64,000 nucleotides of DNA, from the NCBI RefSeq assembly GCF_022045235.1, contig NW_027266297.1, forward strand, positions 69,626,001 through 69,690,000. The letters are read 5' to 3'. A model generated the notes under the pieces. It ran no database searches. It saw nothing but the letters and a program-made list of their open reading frames with translations, and was not told where the DNA came from. The position numbers and the translations under genes were made by a program. Each line of letters begins with the position of its first letter. The first letter of the stretch is position 1. This DNA is from Haliotis cracherodii (lineage: Eukaryota). This document shows positions 37,536 through 51,872 of the stretch, one piece after another.

Positions 37536-38054
37536 AACAACAGCAAACTAGAAAATAAAAAAATCATCTTTGAACATTGATTGTGAAGGCGTGACGTGAA
37601 AATGTAAAGATTGTGAGATGGCAAAAGCAGTATTTTAAATCAGATGTGGGCCAGGATAAAGTGTTCCATGAAATATGAAGACTTCCTGGTTGGAATGAAG
37701 CTTGTTGAGGAGAGGCAATGATTGATGGTGTGTGTTGCCAACTGGATGTTTTTATTGAATGATATTCAGGCATAGTGTGGGTATTCGAGTGTTTGATAAA
37801 GACGTGTTTTGGTTTCGCTGACAGCGGCCATAGCTCAGAGTGATAAACTGTGCTGGTCAGCTGAACATTCCTCAATGGCGAGGAACACGGTCCCCTTGAA
37901 TGCATATGACAGAGAGTAATACTGTCACATGCATGTACTCCTGTTGACCGCAGGTAAACAAAACCATTGATATCAATATTCTGCGCAACCAGCAGCAAAA
38001 CTCAACATTGTGCGGGGTCAGAATTGCCTGGTCACCTGTGGTGTGCCATAGTTT

Positions 38055-39078
38055 CCAGATATCAACAGGCTTGTCGCTAGGAGGAACATGTTCTTGCCGT
38101 CACCAACAGGCTGTCGCTAGAAGGAACATATTCTTGCCAGACACAAACAACCTGTCGCTAGGAGGAACATGTTCTTGCCAGAAACCAACACGCTGTCTTT
38201 AGGAGGAACACGTTCTTGCCAGACACAAACAGGCTGCCGTTAGAAGGAACACGTTCTTGCCAGATACAAACAGGCTGTCGTGAGAAGGAACACGTTCTTG
38301 CCAGATACAAACAGGCTGTCGGTGGGAGGAACACGTTCTTGCCAGATACAAACAGGCTGTCTTTAGGAGCAACACGTTCTTGCCAGACACAAACAGGCTA
38401 TCGCTAGGAGGAACATGTTCTTGCCAGATACAAACAGGCTATCGCTAGGAGGAACACGTTCTTGCCAGATACGAACAGGCTGTCTTTAGGAGCAACACGT
38501 TCTTGCCAGACACAAACAGGCTGTCGTTAGGAGGAACATGTTCTTGCCAGACACAAACAGGCTGTCGTTAGGAGGAACATTTTCTTGCCAGATACAAACA
38601 GGCTGTCTTTAGGAGCAACACCTTCTTGACAGACACAAAAAGGCTGTCTTTAGGAACAACACGTTCTTGCCAGACACCAACAGTCTGTCGTTAGGAGGAA
38701 CACTTTCTTGCCAGATACAAACAGGCTGTCGTTAGGAGCAACACGTTCTTGCCAGATACAAACAGGCTGTCTTTAGGAGCAACACGTTCTTGCCAGATAC
38801 AAACAGGCTGTCTTTAGGAGGAACACGTTCTTGCCAGATACAAACAGGCTGTCTTTAGGAGCAACACGTTCTTGCCAGATACAAACAGGCTGTCTTTAGG
38901 AGCAACACGTTCTTGCCAGATACAAACAGGCTCTCGTTAGGAGGAACACGTTCTTGCCAGATACGAACAGGCTGTCTTTAGGAGCAACACGTTCTTGCCA
39001 GACAAAAACAGGCTGTCGTTAGGAGGAACACGTTCTTGCCAGACACCAACACGCTGTCGCTAGGAGGAACACGTTCTT
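38055..39078. repeat. 41-bp minisatellite (about 25 copies)
   Basis: Unit ggaggaacacgttcttgccagatacaaacaggctgtcgtta. Confidence 0.95.
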
Positions 39079-39169
39079 TCAGCGTATCCGGAGGAAACCG
39101 GAAGTGAAGGACAGTGACGGTAACACCACGGAATATGTTTTGAAATGGAGTTTTCTATTATCTGTCTCA

Positions 39170-39235
39170 ATGGAAAAACTTTCGAACCGTGTTTTACAAA
39201 GAGAATTTCGACATGAACTACATGTGCATGTTCAG
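39170..39235 (+). CDS. Putative uncharacterised gene, exon 1 (MEKLSNRVLQREFRHELHVHVQ)
   Basis: ATG about 65 nt downstream of an ETS site accggaagt; donor CAG|gtgaac, phase 0 matches the next exon. Confidence 0.45.
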
Positions 39236-39611
39236 GTGAACATATCGACTTTAACACGTCGCCATCAAGATAAGAGTATGTTCACGAACGTTTTAATGTG
39301 TAAACCTAATAGCATATTCAAAGAAGGAAGGCATTTAAAAACGGCTCTGGAAACATGTGCTGAGAATCACCCTATAGTTTAGCCTTGGAGCAGTTAATGA
39401 TAATGCATGTGACAACTGTACAAAAGCCTTCCCCTTTTCTTTTCGCGAACATCTGATGTCATCACTGATTTTCTGTGGTCCATTCATATAATTTCCACAG
39501 CTCTTAGTTCTTTATGCCAAATGGAATCTGTTTCGGCAAAGAATCTTGGCTGTTTATTCTCTTGCATTGACAATTTATATATATTCGATAACGAGGTTTT
39601 TTTTACCATAG

Positions 39612-39877
39612 GACATCATGAAACGTTGCCAGGATCGGAACACCTTTGTCGGACCGCTCTCTGAGCGATACATCGTCATCCCCGAGGACCTGTTCCAGGA
39701 CCTGACCAGAACACCGACGACCATCGACCTGACCCTGCAGCGGTACCGCCATGGTACCCACAGGACCGCCGGAACCTACCCCCGGCCTCGGCCCCTCGCC
39801 CCACTAGACAGGACCAGACAACGCCCCAGGGCTAAAGTTTATGGAGTGGTCGGTGTGCACACGTCTAGAGAATTCAG
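39612..39877 (+). CDS. Putative uncharacterised gene, exon 2
   Basis: Acceptor T-run + accatag, GC-rich open frame (ORF 39618..39881), donor TTCAG|gtaggt, phase 2. Confidence 0.62.
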
Positions 39878-40289
39878 GTAGGTTAATTCACTTGAAGATA
39901 TTCACAATGATAGAGTTCGTGTTTAGTATTTAAGGAAAACACTGCGATTGACATAAAGAAAAGGTTGGCGTGCCCTTGGGATTCGAACATAGTCTTCGGC
40001 TGTTCACATGGAGCCTAATGGTTGTATATTGTATTTATCCCCTCAAAAGAAAGTCTTAGATTGGCATTAAGAAGTTGGAGGAACATGAAGACTTGAGAGG
40101 GTCCGGACTAGTACAAGCAGCCACAAACACCCGACGTTCAACCCCATTTCACCTCACCTGAGAGGGTTTCATGGAAAATAACTTCATTATTGTTGGTAAC
40201 GACTTTTCAGGGTTACTTCTCATCCGGTGAATATCAGGTGAGGGATGATGAGGCGCGAGATACTTGTTCCCAGGCCGAGTCTCCGTTTC

Positions 40290-41485
40290 CAGGACTGTAC
40301 TATACGGCCTTCTACCCGTGTGATACAGAGAGACTGTACTATACGGCCTTCTACCCGTGTGATACAAAGATACTGTACTATACGGCCTTCTACCCGTGTG
40401 ATACAGAGAGACTGTACTATACGGCCTTCTACCCGTGTGATACAGAGAGACTGTACTATACGGCCTTCTACCCGTGTGATACAGAGATACTGTACTATAC
40501 GGCCTTCTACCCGTGTGATACAGAGTGACTGTACTATACGGCCTTCTACCCGTGTGATACAGAGAGACTGTACTATACGGCCTTCTACCCGTGTGATACA
40601 GAGTGACTGTACTATACGGCCTTCTACCCGTGTGATACAGAGAGACTGTACTATACGGCCTTCTACCCGTGTGATACAGAGATACTGTACTATACGGCCT
40701 TCTACCCGTGTGATACAGAGATACTGTACTATACGGCCTTCTACCCGTGTGATACAGAGATACTGTACTATACGGCCTTCTACCCGTGTGATACAGAGAT
40801 ACTGTACTATACGGCCTTCTACCCGTGTGATACAGAGTGACTGTACTATACGGCCTTCTACCCGTGTGATACAGAGAGACTGTACTATACAGCCTTCTAC
40901 CCGTGTGATACAGAGTGACTGTACTATACGGCCTTCTACCCGTGTGATACAGAGAGACTGTACTATACGGCCTTCTACCCGTGTGATACAGAGAGACTGT
41001 ACTATACGGTCCTTCTACCCGTGTCATACAGAGAGACTGTTCTATACAGCCTTCTACCCGTGTCATACAGAGAGACTGTGCTATACGACCTTCTACCCGT
41101 GTCATACAGAGAGACTGTACTATACATCCTTCTACCCGTGTGATACAGCGTGACTGTACTATACGGCCTCCTACCCGTGTCATACAGAGAGACTGTTCTA
41201 TACGGTCCTTCTACCCGTGTCATACAGAGAGACTGTTCTATACAGCCTTCTACCCGTGTCATACAGAGAGACTGTACTATACGACCTTCTACCCGTGTCA
41301 TTCATAGAGACTGTACTATACGGACCATCTTCCCGTGTCATACAGAGATACTGTTCTATAAGCACCATCTACCCGTGTCATTCAGAGATACTGTTCTATA
41401 CGGACCATCTACCCGTGTCATTCAGAAATACTGTTCTATACGGACCATCTACCCATGTCATAAAGAGTGACAGTACTATACGGAC
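40290..41485. repeat. 39-bp minisatellite (about 30 copies)
   Basis: Unit actgtactatacggccttctacccgtgtgatacagagag. Confidence 0.96.
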
Positions 41486-42204
41486 TGTAATGTACAAGCC
41501 TTTTGTACATTTCGGTCAGTAGACAGTGAGATGAATCATATTGTACATGTTGTGTGATACAGCCTACTACCGTAAAGATATACATTATTGCTACATGAAT
41601 TAACGTATATCACCACTGATCTTACTGACTGTTTGTTTAATGTGCAAAAACAAAATGTTAACACGTTCTAAATCACCAGTTTCGATTTGGCAACGTGATA
41701 GTTCGTGTGACGTCACCTATATTCGTGAGTCTGTTCCACGAAACTACTTCTTGTAGCATAATGGCTAAATCAGCCTTGTATGGCTACAAAAGTGCATCTA
41801 GTCCATCTAAATGCATTGTATATTGCTACATAGCCGTGACACGAAGTGAAATAACTTCTGTCACTGGTGGAGTGCAATTTCCCCACGTTCAACCGACAGT
41901 ATCCGCGTGCGAGAGACTACTTCCGGTATGACGTCACTTTGTTGACAGTTTGATCGGTTGTAGATTTTCTGATACGAGAGAGTGAAAGCCGGTTCGAGCC
42001 GAGATGTGTGAGTTGACATTCAAGTATTTTATATCTATTGTACATCTTCCTAACTGAATGAAATACTGAAAAGAATAATTATATTCTTGTAATTTAATAA
42101 ATGTCATTGTGCAATTCTTAACTGTGAAATTATTCTTGAAAATTAAATAATTTAAACTGTGTGGTCGGTGGTATTGGGAGTGATCCACAATTCTCTACCC
42201 AAAT

Positions 42205-43935
42205 CTGTACCCCAATACCCACCCCCTGAACCGTTACACTCCCCATACCCCAATACCCACATACCCCCATACCCTAAACACCCACGAACCCCTATACCCT
42301 AAACACCCACATACCCCCATACCCTAAACACCCACGTACCCCTATACCCTAAACACCCACATACCCTCAAACCCTAAACACCCACGTACCCCTATACCCT
42401 AAACACCCACATACCCCCATACCCTAAACACCCACGTACCCCTATACCCTAAACACCCACATACCCTCAAACCCTAAACACCCACGTACCCCTATACCCT
42501 AAACACCCACATACCCCCATACCCTAAACACCCACGTACCCCCATACCCTAAACACCCACGTACCCCCATACCCCCAACACCCACGAACCCCCATACCCT
42601 AAACACCCACGTACCCCCATACCCCCAACACCCACGAACCCCCATACCCTAAACACCCACGTACCCCAATACCCTAAACACCCACGAACCCCAATACCCT
42701 AAACACCCACGTACCCCTATACCCCAACACCCACGAACCCCCATGCCCTAAACACCCACATACCCCCATACCCTAAACACCCACGTACCCCCATACCCTA
42801 AACACCCACGTACCCCCATACCCCCAACACCCACGAACCCCCATACCCTAAACACCCACGTACCCCCATACCCCCAACACCCACGAACCCCCATACCCTA
42901 AACACCCACGAACCCCCATGCCCTAAACACCCACGAACCCCAATACCCTAAACACCCACGTACCCCTATACCCCAACACCCACGAACCCCCATGCCCTAA
43001 ACACCCACGAACCCCCATACCCTAAACACCCACGTACCCCCATACCCCCAACACCCACGAACCCCCATACCCTAAACACCCACGTACCCCTATACCCCAA
43101 CACCCACGAACCCCCATACCCTAAACACCCACGTACCCCAATACCCTAAACACCCACGAACCCCAATACCCTAAACACCCACGTACCCCTATACCCCAAC
43201 ACCCACGAACCCCCATGCCCTAAACACCCACATACCCCCATACCCTAAACACCCACGTACCCCCATACCCTAAACACCCACGTACCCCCATACCCCCAAC
43301 ACCCACGAACCCCCATACCCTAAACACCCACGTACCCCCATACCCCCAACACCCACGAACCCCCATACCCTAAACACCCACGAACCCCCATGCCCTAAAC
43401 ACCCACGAACCCCAATACCCTAAACACCCACGTACCCCATACCCCAACACCCACGAACCCCCATGCCCTAAACACCCACGAACCCCCATACCCTAAACAC
43501 CCACGTACCCCCATACCCCCAACACCCACGAACCCCCATACCCTAAACACCCACGTACCCCTATACCCCAACACCCACGAACCCCCATACCCTAAACACC
43601 CACGTACCCCTATACCCCAACACCCACGAACCCCCATGCCCTAAACACCTACGTACCCCCATACCCCAACCCCCACGAACCCACATACCCTAAACACCCA
43701 CGTACCCCCATACCCCCAACACCCGCGAGCCCCCATACCCTAAACACCCACATACCCCCATACCCCACCACCCACGAACCCCCATACCCTAAACACCCAC
43801 GAACCCCCTATACCCTTAACAACAACGAACCCTCATACCCTAAACACCCATGTACCCCCATACCCTAAACACCCACGAACCCCCATACTCTAAACACCCA
43901 CGTACCTCCATACCCTAAACACCCACGTACTCCCA
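42205..43935. repeat. C-rich minisatellite of about 25 bp (about 68 copies)
   Basis: Unit ataccctaaacacccacgtaccccc. Confidence 0.96.
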
Positions 43936-45451
43936 ATCGCATCACCATGGTTACTATATATATATATATGTCTATGACAACATCTACTTTTGGTTTATAC
44001 AGCTCGACAAGTGAATAACGTGACTTCTACACCCAACTTCACACCCTCTCCTTAATGAATAAAATGTTACAATTCTTAAATTTAAAGCTACACTTTATGT
44101 TTAATTCCTCAATTTCATTTCATTAATATCCAAGCTATCCATGGGGTCTGCAGAAACGGGACGTCAGACATTACCTTACTACAAGTGATAGCAATCTGTG
44201 ATGGCGCCCCTCATTCTGCCATAACTCTTTTCAAACATTATGGCTTTATGAAAATCTTTTCATTTAACATCGATAAGATTTGATAAATGATTTGAACGAA
44301 CTCCTGCGAGATAAACTCAACCTGAGGGTCGTTTCGAGAAGACGTGTTCAGTGACGGCCTCCGCGTGTGATAACAATGTATTTTATCCATGGTCAATCGG
44401 TGCTATGGTCTCAAGACGGAGAACAGAGGTCAAAGTATCCATGATGCTAATGGAACTATAGTCCCTGGTTGTCATGGAAGCCATCTGGCTAAGGTAAAGG
44501 TAATGTAAGGTAAAGTTCCCAGACAGGTCAAAGAATCCATTTGGCATGTAGTAAACTAAACACTTTTGAAATGGCCCCCGTTGGAAATAAACTGTCGTCT
44601 GCTCGCCTGCCGACCTTGTAGATTATCGTCGATGACTGTTTACCAAACCGTTACATAGGTAATAATCACAGAGGCGGAAAATATGCGAGCCTGTTTTCAA
44701 CCTCGTAACTCGTTCAATAGACTTGTCAAAATTACAAATCTAATCCCCGCCTAAAGCAGACGACAATGCAGCGCGGTGTAATCACTGGCCCTTTCCGTAC
44801 CATGAGAGCTGGACGTAGTTTGTACAGCAGGAACGTGTAGGGATGTATCGGCCTAACGAGGTCCCCCGAGAGGTGCCCCACGAGCCCCTAGAGGAGGAGG
44901 ATAGAGGCAGGTAGGTCTGGGTCTCACCTCAGATGCTTCACCGATGTAGCTGGGTCCACCAATATTGATTCAAACATCTCAGCGTATCAAATAACACGTT
45001 AAGGTACAAGGGATCCCACTTGTAATTTCAACAGTTTAAAATATTGATGACACTCGCATCATCTGACATTTTACGAAGATGGTGTGGGTGTGTTGTGTGA
45101 TAGGCGCGTATCTTCATTGGCTTGGACAGAGCTCCTGCTAAACACTGAAACTATACTATACTCATGTCCTAAAAGTAGCATTACAGTCCCCTAACGCAGC
45201 CATCTGACTGCCCTGCACTGGGACGTACACCTTGGTACATCTGGCACCAGGCTCAATGCCCATGTAAGGTCTCTGGTTGCTGCGTGTCCCCATATTGCTC
45301 CGCGGTCCTCTGTCCTCCGCCAGACAAGACAGGCATGCTTGTGTACAGGTCCTGCCAACAGAGCCGTTTAAAAATACATGTGTACATACAAGATATGTTG
45401 ATTATGAACAAAAATAGCAGCAAACTTGATTAGAATTTAGAGATCATGTCA

Positions 45452-46120
45452 GTATTGGACACATGTAAGTACTGGAGTACTGGACACATAAGTACTAAAA
45501 TACTGAACACATAAGTACTGGAGTATTGGACACATAAGTACTGGAATACTGGACACAGACAAGGACGGGAGTTCTGGACACGTAAGTACTGGAATACTGG
45601 ACACAGACAAGAACTGGAATACTGGACACATAAGTATTGGAATACAGGACACAGACAAGTACTGGAATACTGGACACAGACAAGGACGGGAGTACTGGAC
45701 ACGTAAGTACTGGAATACTGGACACAGACAAGAACTGGAATACTGGACACGTAAGTACTGGAGTACTGGACACATAAGTATTGGAATACAGGACACAGAC
45801 AAGTACTGGAATACTGGACACGTAAGTACTGGAATACTGGACACAGACAAGAACTGAAATACTGGCACAAAAGTACTTGAATACTGGCACATGAGTACTG
45901 GCATAATGGACACATAAGTACTGGAATACTGGACACATAAGCACTGGAATACTGGACATATAAGTACTGGAATACTGGACACATAAGCACTGGAATACTG
46001 GACACATAAACACTGGAAAACAAACTGGACACATAAGCACTGGAATACTGGACACATAAGCACTGGAATACTGGACACATAAGCACTGGAATACTGGACA
46101 CAGACAAGTGCTGGAGTACT
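45452..46120. repeat. 23-25 bp minisatellite
   Basis: Unit ctggaatactggacacataagta and variants. Confidence 0.93.
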
Positions 46121-47271
46121 AGAAACGGGTATTAGCAGTGACATGGCCCACCCCGTGCAGGTTGTGATTTTCAACATGCATAATTCATCCGGTGACAATA
46201 TGGCTGTAGTGTTGGGCGACAGCAATGAACGGACTCTGACAGACAGGGTGAGTCGTACAAGCGCCGCCAACAGACATCAAATATTCACAGAGGGAAAGAA
46301 ACGGACATTAACGAGACAAAGGTGTTAGGTGAATTGTGTGTTTTCAATCAACCTATTTGAACTAAATCCTATTTGAAAAGCAGAAGGATATATCGATCCC
46401 AGTATGTGACAATGCTACACGCCAGCGTTTAAGGAAAGTCTATTGCCGTAGTGGCTGGTGTATTTGTTTGTCCCTTGTTCGGATCTAGTGAGTCGTTAAA
46501 CGTCCTGTGAAGGAGCACGGGTTTTCATGCCCGTCATCGTTTTAAAATAAGGTAGGTTTGCGCCTAGAACTATCAACATGGCCGAATTGATGCCAGATAT
46601 GTATTTGTAATTACAGTTTACACATTTAGTCCATGGATACAAATGATAATTGTATTATAATTATGCTGTGTTGTGCTATAGGTCTACTCGAGTATACATA
46701 CGCCATGTACTCAATCATTGTGGTATAAGCCTGTTATCGCCTGCCTGTATATACCTTGTGCTCCGGGCAATATTGCATTATAACACCTTTACACTTGTGT
46801 GTGTTGAACAACATATGAGGGAAACAACCAATAGAATAAACTGCTACTCGAACACCTTTGTGTCATGAACGTATATCCGTCGCCCTTTAAGTCTTCACGA
46901 TTTGAAAATACAAAAAATACAGTTATGTTTCTTATCCGAAAATATCTATTGACACCGGTCAATGTGATCATGACTTTCTACACACAGACTACGTAGGTCT
47001 TGCTTTGGCAAGACTGATTAGGTATTATAGGTGTTTCTGTGTGGGAGTGGGACATACATAATACTTCTTACTTGTGATAAGGAGAGAGTAGGTTTACCGT
47101 TACATGGTTGGCCCTGTGTGTTTAGCTATACAGTACGGACAACAGTGTCACGGCGGTACCCGACTCCCTATAGGAAATCAATGGGCCCGTATATGCGGGC
47201 TGTGCTCGACAACCGGGCGCCTATACATGTATACGAGAACTGTGCCCAACTACTAAGCACATATGCACGTA

Positions 47272-47475
47272 CAGTAAACTACGTTTATAGCGAACACGCT
47301 TTTAACGAACTGTCAGATATAACGAACTTATGTTTTGGTCCCGTCAATTGGCTATATATTTGCTGTATCAGAGACCATATATGGTCTTTGGCTGTATATA
47401 TGCATATAACGAACTGCGGTTATAACGAACTAAAAATAGTGGTCTCTTTGAATTCGTTATAACCGTAGTTTTCTG
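47272..47475. mobile_element. Tc1/mariner-pogo-type MITE
   Basis: cagtaaactacgtttatagcgaa ... ttcgttataaccgtagttttctg, with TA flanks. Confidence 0.75.
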
Positions 47476-47699
47476 TATATGTATACTCTGCATGATGACC
47501 AAACACGAGACAAACATCTTGTCTCTGAAATGAACATTTTGTACAGTAAAAGCAGAAATATGACAAAAAGGAGCCCAGAGACTTTCTTCGTGTTCCTGAT
47601 ACTGCAGTAATCTAGACTTGCCAAACATTATAGACTTGCATGGGCTGTATTGGATATATTTGTTTCAGGGTCTGTATGACAGACTAACCAAGTACCAAA

Positions 47700-48255
47700 A
47701 TATGTATATGCAAACTGCGTTCGACGACCGATCACATATACATGTACATGTGAACTGTGCTTGACGACTGATCACCTATACATGTATATGCGAACTGTTC
47801 TTGACGAAAAGGCACCTCTACATGTGTATGCGAACTGTGCTTGACAACTGATCACCTATACATGTATATGCGAACTGTGCTTGACGACTGATCACCTATA
47901 CATGTATATGCGAACTGTGTTTGACGAATAGGCACCTATACATGTATATGCGAACTGCGTTTGACGACCGATCATCTATACATGAATATGCGAACTGTGC
48001 TTGACGACTAGGCACCTTTACATGTGTATGCGAACTGTGCTTCGCGACCAGCACATATACATGTATATGCGAACTGTTCTCGACGACCGAGCACATATAA
48101 ATGTATATGCGAACAGCGTTCAACCACCAAATACCTATACATGTATATGCGAACAGTATTCAACCACCAAGCACCTATATTATATGTGAACTGTGTTCGT
48201 CGACCGATCACATATACATGTATATGCGAACTGTATTCAAGCACCAAGCACCTGC
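47700..48255. repeat. 40-bp minisatellite (about 14 degenerate copies)
   Basis: Unit tatacatgtatatgcgaactgtgcttgacgactgatcacc. Confidence 0.92.
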
Positions 48256-48735
48256 ACCGGGTTCGCACACAGTCAGAGGTGACAGGCTGACGGCGCCTCG
48301 GCTTCAGTTATACAACAGGCTGGTGGTGTTTATACACTTATATAACCCTCACACGGCGCTCGGCTACTACTTACTCCAGCTGTTCTTAGTTCTAATATCC
48401 CGTATTGTTTGTGCTTGCGTCCATTTACGTATAGGTTTTTACCCTAGCTTGGAATGTGGTGTTGAAGAGATTTCTACTTCAGATCGAACACTTAATATGT
48501 TTGTACAATTCAAGCAAGTCGCAGATAGGGAAATACGGAGGTGGGGTGGGGTGAGGGCGAACTTCACATGTTGTCATGGTTGTACAGTGACGTCATTCAT
48601 TGCTATACCCCTTGTCCCCACAGGCGGACAATAGGCATATTCCGCCACGGGATCAAAGAAAACATCCAGATAAATATATATCTGACATGTATACTTAATA
48701 TGTACTTTATACTCTTCCAAAAACTTAATCAACTA

Positions 48736-48834
48736 GGGGCGGTCGGGTAGCCTAGTGGTTAAAGCGTTCGCTCGTCACGCCGAAGACCCGGGTTCGATTC
48801 CCGACATGGGTACAGTGTGTGAAGCCCATTTCTG
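48736..48834 (+). mobile_element. tRNA-derived SINE family A, 3'-truncated
   Basis: Near-identical to the first 100 or so nt of the 13781 copy; runs directly into the 60-bp array. Confidence 0.88.
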
Positions 48835-48837
48835 CCT

Positions 48838-50110
48838 GCCATTGGACGACACGTTCCATATATCATGTTACGTTTATATCACATGTAACACGACCATTGC
48901 ACAAGACAAGTGCCATATATCATGTTACGTTTATATCACATGTAACACGACCATTGGACGACAAGACAAGTGCCACATATCATGTTACGTTTATATCACA
49001 TGCAACACTACCATTGGATAAGCCAAGTGCCATATATCATGTTAGGTTTATATCACATTTAACACGACAATTGGACGACAAGACAAGTGCCACATATCAT
49101 GTTACGTTTATCTCGCATGTAATACTACCATTGGACGACAAGACACTTGCCGTATATCATGTTACGTTTATATCACATGTAACACAACCATTGGACGACA
49201 AGACAAGTGCCATATATCATGTTACGTTTATATCACATGTAACACGACCATTGGACGACAAGACAAGTGCCATATATCATGTTACGTTTATATCACATGT
49301 AACACGACCATTAGACGACAAGACAAGTGTCATATATCATATTACGTTTATATCACATTTTACACGACCATTGGACTACAAGACACGTGACATATATCAT
49401 GTTACGTTTATATCACATGTAACACTACCATTGGACAAGCCAAGTGCCATATATCATGTTACGTTTATATCACATGTAACACGACCATTAGACAAGACAA
49501 GTGCCACATATCATGTTACGTTTATATCACATTTTACACGACAATTGGACGACAAGACAAGTGCCACATATCATGTTACGTTTATCTCACATGTAATACT
49601 ACCATTGGACGACAAGACACGTGCCGTATATCATGTTACGTTTATATCACACGTAACACAACCATTGGACGACAAGACAAGTGCCATATATCATGTTACG
49701 TTTATATCACATGTAACACGATCATTGGACGACAAGACAAGTGCCATATATCATGTTACGTTTATATCACATGTAACACGACCGTTGGACGACAAGACAA
49801 GTGCCATATATCATGTTACGTTTATATCACATGTAACACGACCATTGGACGAAAAGACAAGTGCCATATATCATGTTACGTTTATATCACATGCAATACT
49901 ACCATTGGACGACAAGACAAGTGCCATATATCATGTTACGTTTATATCACATGTAACACGATCATTGGACGACAAGACAAGTACCATATATCATGTTACT
50001 TATAATTCACATGTAACACGACCATTGGACGACAAGACAAGTGCCAAATATCATGTTACGTTTATATCACATTTAACACGATATCACTGGTACCACAACC
50101 ATTGGACAAG
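48838..50110. repeat. 60-bp minisatellite (about 21 copies)
   Basis: Unit ccattggacgacaagacaagtgccatatatcatgttacgtttatatcacatgtaacacga. Confidence 0.96.
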
Positions 50111-50484
50111 TATGAAGAAAATATAACTTGTTTTATATACCCAACAGAAACACAATGGTCGGCAAATATGGTGGTGAGCTGGGTATCTTTCTTGTTCTGT
50201 GAATCCCGCGTGTCTTAGCTTGAGATTTTGTTCTCTTAGAATTGAGACTAACAGGCATGTGGCAAGCAACTTCTGTCAGCGCAACAACACACACAACACA
50301 AGGCAATCGCTAATGCCTGGCCCCGTACAAGGCCCAGGGCGCGTGCCGCAATAGATCTGTAGTTCGATACTAGCTGTAATTGATTACATATCGATAAGGC
50401 GGGGTATTGAAGTAATGAGATTATCAGATTATGTGATCGATCCGCTGATGAACCATTACCGCGGAAACAATGTTAAAATGAAAG

Positions 50485-51702
50485 TGGTTTCATATTACGT
50501 GTAGGCTGACGGTGTACAGAAGGTGGTTGTTTCATATTACGTGTAGGCTGACGGTGTACAGAAGGTGGTTGTTTCATATCACGTGTAGGCTGACGGTGTA
50601 CAGGTGGTTGTTTCATATTACGTGTAGGCTGACGGTGTACAGAAGGTGATTGTTTCATATTACGTGTAGACTGACGGTGTACAGAAGGTGGTTGTTTCAT
50701 ACTAAGTGTAGGCTGACGGTGTACAGAAGCTGGTTGTTTCATGTTACGTGTAGGCTGACAGTGTTCAGGTGACTGTTTCATATTACGTGTAGGCTGACGG
50801 TGTAAAGGTGATTGTTTCATATTACGTGTAGGCTGACGGTGTTCAGAAGGTGATTGTTTCATATTACGTGTAGGCTGACGGTGTACAGAAGGTGATTGTT
50901 TCATATTACGTGTAGACTGACGGTGTACAGAAGGTGGTTGTTTCATATTAAGTGTAGGCTGACGGTGTACAGAAGGTGGTTGTTTCATGTTACGTGTAGG
51001 CTGACGGTGTTCAGGTGACTGTTTCATATTACGTGTAGGCTGACGGTGTTCAGGTGGTTGTTTCATATTACGTGTAGGCTGACGGTGTTCAGAAGGTGAT
51101 TGTTTCATATTACGTGTAGGCTGATGGTGTTCAGAAGGTGATTGTTTCATATTATGTGTAGGCTGACGGTGTTCAGAAGGTGGTTGTTTCATATTATGTG
51201 TAGGCTGACGGTTAAAGCATGTGGTTGTTTCATATTACGTGTAGGCTGACAGTGTACAGAAGGTGGTTGTTTCATATTACGTGTAGGCTGACGGTGTTCA
51301 GAAGGTGATTGTTTCATATTACGTGTAGGCTGACGGTGTTCAGAAGGTGATTGTTTCATATTATGTGTAGGCTGACGGTGTTCAGAAGGTGGTTGTTTCA
51401 TATTATGTGTAGGCTGACGGTTACAGCATGTGGTTGTTTCATATTACGTGTAGGCTGACAGTGTACAGAAGGTGGTTGTTTCATATTACGTGTAGGCTGA
51501 CGGTGTTCATGAGGTGTTTGTTTCATATTACGTGTAGGCTGACGGTGTTCAGGTGGTTGTTTCATATTATGTGTAGGCTGACGGTGTACAGAAAGTGGTT
51601 GTTTCATATTATGTGTAGGCTGACGGTGTACAGAAGGTGGTTGTTTCATATTACGTGTAGGCTGACGGTGTACAGAAGGTGGTTGTTTCATATTACGTGT
51701 AG
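50485..51702. repeat. 42/39-bp minisatellite (about 29 copies)
   Basis: Unit gtttcatattacgtgtaggctgacggtgtacagaaggtggtt. Confidence 0.96.
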
Positions 51703-51872
51703 CCAGCATGTAATACAACAAGTAATATTGTTTGAGAATTGATGTGTGTATTACGAGTTTCACCACAGCGATAAAACATATAATATTGTTTGAGGATAGT
51801 GACTTGATGGATCTCGATGGATCTCACTGAGGTCACTGTTCAGTACCTAACGTTTGTCTTGGTATGTTTCAG

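Noticed and set aside
44830-44909. GC-rich segment with a CAG|gtaggt donor as an extra orphan-gene exon
   Set aside because: In the required phase both nearby acceptors lead to an immediate TAG.
40149-51766. Repetitive ORFs at 40.1-41.5, 45.4-46.3, 48.8-50.1 and 50.5-51.8 kb
   Set aside because: Translations of minisatellites, open in several frames or on both strands.
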